Shown in pieces: positions 57,285 to 60,355 of a DNA stretch of 60,355 bases. The notes beneath the pieces were generated by a model that searched no databases, was not told where the DNA came from, and worked only from the letters and a program-made list of their open reading frames with translations. The position numbers were made by a program, and so were the translations under genes. How positions within the stretch are numbered: the stretch's first letter is position 1; each line of letters begins with the position of its first letter. Source of the stretch: a virus (taxonomy: Duplodnaviria > Caudoviricetes); IMG/VR virus record IMGVR_UViG_3300028920_000077, positions 1 to 60,355 of that record. One strand, 5' to 3'.

Positions 57285-58163
57285 TTATCTATAATCAATG
57301 TTTAAATAATCCAATGGTAATTTCAAATTAAGTTTATTTAAACAATATTCGTATAATTTCGGGTGTGTTTTTTTCATAAGTTTTATTTTTCTATTGCCAT
57401 TTTTTCTATGAACTCCGAACAAACAAAACATACACCCTGTATTTTTATATCCCATATCATATATTTTGGAATATGGAACATTAAATTTATGTATATAATC
57501 CCAGATATCTTTTTCTGTCCAAAATGATATTGGGCAAGATCTAGGTCTCTTGCCATTCCATATATTGCATCCAAAACGCATATAGACTTGTTTTCTTAAT
57601 GACGAGTCCGAACACATAGTACCAATTATTGGTTTATTGCCACTTTCTTTTTCATAATTTTTTGATGGATATTTTTTGATTATATTACAGCAATGGTCTG
57701 ATATTTTAAACGGTGCATCAATCATCTTATACCATTTTTTAGGTAATTTGCCATAGCCTTTTTCATCTCCGTATAATCTTTTATTTAATAAATTTTTACT
57801 TTTTGTATTCCGTATTTGGTATATTTTTTGAGAATTTTCTTTTGAAATAATTGGGTATCCCCATTTATCTATAATTTGTTTAAATGTTAGTTTTGGTTTT
57901 AGAAAAGTGACATTATCTGTATTTTTTACAAATTCTACTATTTCAGGGAATTCCAATCCACTATTGCAAAATACTGCTGGTATATTTTTGTCTATACTTC
58001 TAGCTATATGTAATAATACTGTAGAATCTTTACCACCAGAAAAAGCGATATAAATTTTACCGTGCCATTTTTTATACCATTCTTTAATTCTTTTTTTAGT
58101 ATATTGTATTTTTATTTCTAAAGGCAATGCTTGTCTGAATAACAAAGTTTCTATTGGTATCAT
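57285..58163 (-). CDS. PAPS reductase-family (PP-loop) protein
   Basis: FSGGKDS, GLEFPE, CC..KK and TGCMFC motifs. Confidence 0.9.
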   Translation of the reverse strand: MIPIETLLFRQALPLEIKIQYTKKRIKEWYKKWHGKIYIAFSGGKDSTVLLHIARSIDKNIPAVFCNSGLEFPEIVEFVKNTDNVTFLKPKLTFKQIIDKWGYPIISKENSQKIYQIRNTKSKNLLNKRLYGDEKGYGKLPKKWYKMIDAPFKISDHCCNIIKKYPSKNYEKESGNKPIIGTMCSDSSLRKQVYMRFGCNIWNGKRPRSCPISFWTEKDIWDYIHKFNVPYSKIYDMGYKNTGCMFCLFGVHRKNGNRKIKLMKKTHPKLYEYCLNKLNLKLPLDYLNIDYR

Positions 58164-58346
58164 ATTTTCCCCTTGTAATAAAAATTAGCCCCCTAGTATA
58201 TTAATGGGCAGCTAGGGGTCTGTCCCACACCCAATTTACAGAACTTTTTTAGTTGCGGTTAAAAAGATTATTCCTGCGTCAAAAAAACCTATGGGCTTTT
58301 TAAATACAGGGAGGCATGATTTACATGCACCCACTGCAAAAAATTA

Positions 58347-58428
58347 TACGGATGGAGGGATTTGAACCCCCACGATTTTACTCGCCAGATCCTAAGTCTG
58401 GTGTGTCTGCCAATTGGGCTACACTCGC
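58347..58428 (-). tRNA. tRNA-Leu(TAG)
   Basis: CCAGA-CTTAGGA-TCTGG anticodon arm, long variable arm, GTTCAAATC T-loop. One acceptor mismatch; no encoded CCA. Confidence 0.85.
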
Positions 58429-58483
58429 TAAATTTACCTCAAGTTTGAACCTCTTCCCACGTGCCACCACCTTGAGGTGTAAG

Positions 58484-58556
58484 CGTATCAGACAGGAGTT
58501 GAACCTGTAACCATCGGATTAAACATCCACTACTCTACCAGTTGAGCTACTGATAC
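58484..58556 (-). tRNA. tRNA-Asn duplicate with remodelled anticodon arm (loop TGTTTAA; TTT if read canonically)
   Basis: Same as 58669-58741 outside the anticodon arm except for two stem changes that keep pairing. Confidence 0.65.
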
Positions 58557-58668
58557 GGATTATTAATTAAGCCCCGAATTCCACCGATTAGGTTGAAGAC
58601 GGGATTTTGCAGGCGTCCCATAGGTCGGTATTCTTTAACTTAGTTCATCCTGCACTCTTTTATTTAAG

Positions 58669-58741
58669 CGTATCAGACAGGAGTTGAACCTGTAACCAAC
58701 GGATTAACAGCCCGCTGCTCTACCAGTTGAGCTACCGATAC
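58669..58741 (-). tRNA. tRNA-Asn(GTT)
   Basis: GCGGG-CTGTTAA-TCCGT anticodon arm, G73 discriminator, full cloverleaf. Confidence 0.9.
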
Positions 58742-58770
58742 GTATTATTTAACAGCCAAGTTAGGATCAA

Positions 58771-58919
58771 TGCAGGCAGTGGGATTTGAACCCACGAAAG
58801 TATGTACTAGTAGCGGTAGTTTGTTATTCTTGCATACAGTGACAATACTACATCATACTTCAGGCGTAATAAATGTTGTTATTACGGGTCTGTCACTTTA
58901 TCCTCTCGTGCATACCTGC
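58771..58919 (-). ncRNA. 149-nt tRNA-like RNA with extended anticodon and variable arms
   Basis: GCAGGTA/TGCCTGC-A acceptor, CAC/GTG D-stem and GTGGG-TTCAAAT-CCCAC T-arm, with two inserted helical regions. Confidence 0.75.
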
Positions 58920-58927
58920 TATTTATT

Positions 58928-59572
58928 TTATCTTCTGTCTAGTGTTATTAGAATATCGTATTGTATTTCTCTTTGTCTTTGGCTTCTCTTGGCAATCACT
59001 ATTCCTTTTTGTTCTGTCCAACCAAACATGCCAACCCCAGCCAAATGCGAAATAGCCACTTCATCTCCGATTGTTACATACATAGATCTGAAATCATGTG
59101 TTATAGTAACAAGAAACTTACGCTTTGTCAAGTCTTCTCTGATTAATTTTTCTATAGTTTCAGCAACTCTTTTATCCTGTAAATAGTCGCATTTCAACAT
59201 CATTTTTTTATTGTCAGGGAGTTCAGGGCTATTATCTTTTGTAGATTCTTTGTATTTTCCTGAATAATAATCCTTAGCATAATGGATTACGATGTCCTTT
59301 TTTTGTATATATGGCTTGATAATAATATCATTTCCTATTTCTCTTTGGGTGAAGTGATAGACTGGTTTGTCGGGGATTTCTGCGAAGCTACCGATTGAAA
59401 TGTCTGAGTAGAATTGTCCTATAGAGCCTACGTTTTGGTCAGCATAGAACTGACCTATTGAGCCTATATTCAATTCAGGTGTCTCGGTGTATGTTGAGAA
59501 GGAAGATATGATTAGATTTTCTTGAAAATTATATGAAGTAAAAGATCCTATGGAAATGTCTGCATTAGCCAT
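58928..59572 (-). CDS. Tail-module protein with N-terminal IGS repeats
   Basis: 214 aa, last gene of the virion operon; TIGDEVAISH resembles tail-protein OB/hub segments. Confidence 0.7.
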   Translation of the reverse strand: MANADISIGSFTSYNFQENLIISSFSTYTETPELNIGSIGQFYADQNVGSIGQFYSDISIGSFAEIPDKPVYHFTQREIGNDIIIKPYIQKKDIVIHYAKDYYSGKYKESTKDNSPELPDNKKMMLKCDYLQDKRVAETIEKLIREDLTKRKFLVTITHDFRSMYVTIGDEVAISHLAGVGMFGWTEQKGIVIAKRSQRQREIQYDILITLDRR

Positions 59573-60355
59573 ATAATAACCTCATTAAAAATTTGCCATC
59601 TGTAATATTCCAGAGTGCATATATGTTCTCTGCCATTTTGTCAAGGAATTGTTTAATTGTAATATATTCAAACATACCTGCTAGTTTTATGTCATAGTTC
59701 ATTGTAGCATGGAGTAAAAGTTGATAACTTTTATAGTTTATTGTGTCATTTTCATAACCTTGAATATTAAAGAATAAATATCTGATCAACTTTGCTGGAT
59801 TTTCTATCAAATAACCATCATCATCTACTACACCTTTACACGCACAGGATACATTCTCAGCTTTTTCTTGAAATTCTATCACTGCTATTGAGTTTCCTGT
59901 TTCATCTTTATAAGCATTGAATTTATTATGTGCCTTTTTGGTTAATTCATCACCCTCATACACATCACCGATGATCTGTATCGGTCTATCAGAAACATGC
60001 CAATATTTCCCTTCGGAGTCTATTTGGGTGCAAGGGACTCTGCTCTCCATTTTATTGCCAAATGCGATTAGTAGTGGTTCTATGGCAGGTGGGCTAGAAT
60101 ATACGTCTGTGTGTCTAAGTTTGATATTATCCATGATAGAAAATCTTCTTTCATATATCCTAACCCATTCCATAGTGCCTATACTCAGATCAGAATAAAA
60201 CTGACCTATTGAACCCACATCCTGATCGGCATAAAACTGTCCTATAGAGCCTATATCCTGATCTTGTGTTAAAGAATATGTAGAAAACGAGGATATTATT
60301 AGATTTTCTTGAAAATTATATGAAGTAAAAGAACCAATATTCAGGTCTGATGTCG
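59565..60355 (-). CDS. Tail-module protein, 3' part (start at window position 422 via the circular overlap)
   Basis: Frame is open to the window end; contains LIENPA..IRYL. Confidence 0.75.
   Translation of the reverse strand, partial: TSDLNIGSFTSYNFQENLIISSFSTYSLTQDQDIGSIGQFYADQDVGSIGQFYSDLSIGTMEWVRIYERRFSIMDNIKLRHTDVYSSPPAIEPLLIAFGNKMESRVPCTQIDSEGKYWHVSDRPIQIIGDVYEGDELTKKAHNKFNAYKDETGNSIAVIEFQEKAENVSCACKGVVDDDGYLIENPAKLIRYLFFNIQGYENDTINYKSYQLLLHATMNYDIKLAGMFEYITIKQFLDKMAENIYALWNITDGKFLMRLLYG
59938..60355. repeat. Terminal direct repeat, copy 2
   Basis: Matches 1-418 with 3 substitutions. Confidence 0.95.

Noticed and set aside
57285-58163. Complete Dnd/Ssp phosphorothioation system or sulfate-assimilation cysH
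   Set aside because: No partner dnd/ssp or cys genes are present. The family assignment is kept but no pathway is claimed.
58771-58919. tRNA-Sec or tmRNA
   Set aside because: It has no TCA anticodon or 8-bp acceptor stem, no Ala G3-U70 identity, and is too short for a tag-encoding tmRNA.
58928-60355. Diversity-generating retroelement template/variable repeat pair in the tail genes
   Set aside because: No reverse transcriptase ORF is present. The repeats are N-terminal, both are coding, and the differences are not confined to adenines.

Overview
The window is an apparently complete, circularly permuted tailed-phage genome of about 59.9 kb. Bases 1-418 recur at 59938-60355 with 3 mismatches. 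It is AT-rich, uses standard code 11, and has a siphovirus-like layout. The minus strand from 24.6 kb down to 0 kb, wrapping to 58.9 kb, carries the virion module: TerS, TerL, a portal-MuF fusion, HK97-type protease and capsid, neck, major tail protein, frameshifted tail chaperones, tape measure and tail proteins. A large signal-peptide Thr/Pro-rich LamG protein is inserted in this module. Two divergent sigma70-type arms around 38.4 kb encode replication and recombination functions: a primase-helicase fusion, ERF, SSB, a Cas4-like nuclease, an SNF2 helicase, a DHH protein and methyltransferases. From 46 to 52.5 kb lie very AT-rich modular cassettes, one containing a beta sliding clamp. From 53.5 to 58.9 kb lie a DNA-modification cluster and a tRNA/tRNA-like RNA cluster. 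I recognised no integrase, DNA polymerase, reverse transcriptase or clear endolysin. The most notable observations are: (1) two cassettes driven by sigma54 (-24/-12) promoters, each with its own upstream palindromic enhancer array and no phage-encoded activator; (2) an orphan promoter-terminator unit whose ~72-nt RNA is antisense to the shared RBS of those genes; (3) an unannotated Cys-rich ORF with an in-frame UGA followed by a SECIS-like hairpin; (4) repeated pairs of a conserved protein and a leader-bearing Gly-rich peptide; (5) a 149-nt tRNA-like RNA and an anticodon-remodelled tRNA duplicate. All family assignments come from motif recognition by eye, not from database searches.
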